A DNA stretch of 64,000 nt from an uncultured virus (IMG/VR IMGVR_UViG_3300006217_001617) (Duplodnaviria; Heunggongvirae; Uroviricota; Caudoviricetes), in IMG/VR virus record IMGVR_UViG_3300006217_001617; one strand, given 5' to 3'. The notes under the pieces were generated by a model. It was given only the letters and a program-made list of their open reading frames with translations. It did no database searches and was not told the DNA's origin. The position numbers and the translations under genes are program-made. Shown here piece after piece: positions 63,823 to 64,000 of this stretch; the stretch's first letter is position 1; each line of letters opens with the position of its first letter.

Positions 63823-64000
63823 ACAGCGGTTATATCGTGAAATCAGCCGAAAAACACTGGCTGAAAACTTCAATCGGCAAAACGTATAAATTTTCTTTCA
63901 AAAGTTCGTGCAAAATGTTTATTGATTTTTAGTGAAGGCCAAAGGGTAACGCTGATAGGCATTCATCTCGTCCAGCAGAGCGCTGATTGGAAGCATCTCT

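Larger units (their letters stand above)
1..64000 (-). mobile_element. ICE/conjugative element backbone (ends outside the window), interrupted by the prophage
   Basis: Co-oriented ArdA-like, methyltransferase, SpoVG, adhesin/sortase and VirB2/VirB6-like genes; no housekeeping genes; no relaxase or VirB4 inside the window. Confidence 0.75.

Noticed and set aside
1..64000. tRNA, rRNA or IS elements
   Set aside because: None recognised by eye; a covariance or HMM scan would be needed to exclude them formally.

Overview
The window shows a mobile element nested inside another. An all-minus-strand ICE/conjugative-element-like backbone (1-~5460 and ~43560-64000; Clostridia-like host by inference) is interrupted by an apparently complete ~38.1 kb temperate siphophage-like prophage (5460-43560). 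The backbone carries ArdA-like, Dam and C5 methyltransferase, PAPS-reductase-like, SpoVG, sortase and VirB2/VirB6-like genes. The prophage carries a large serine integrase, repressor, replication genes, HK97-type head, long tail, holin and amidase. It sits at a 5-bp TCCGG core inside one unit of an exact 849-bp repeat of a giant thioester-domain/SpaA-repeat LPXTG adhesin gene. This splits the gene into 3090-aa and 978-aa ORFs that precise excision would rejoin in frame (~4063 aa). Other notable signals: an acr-aca-like operon with a perfect 22-bp inverted repeat over a consensus promoter; a cassette array of convergent gene pairs with conserved promoter/hairpin borders in the early region; two tandem paralogous His-tipped tail spikes; an LPRTG motif with no membrane anchor; and a frameshifted C5 methyltransferase with a nested alternate-frame ORF. 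All family calls are from motif recognition by eye, not from database searches.
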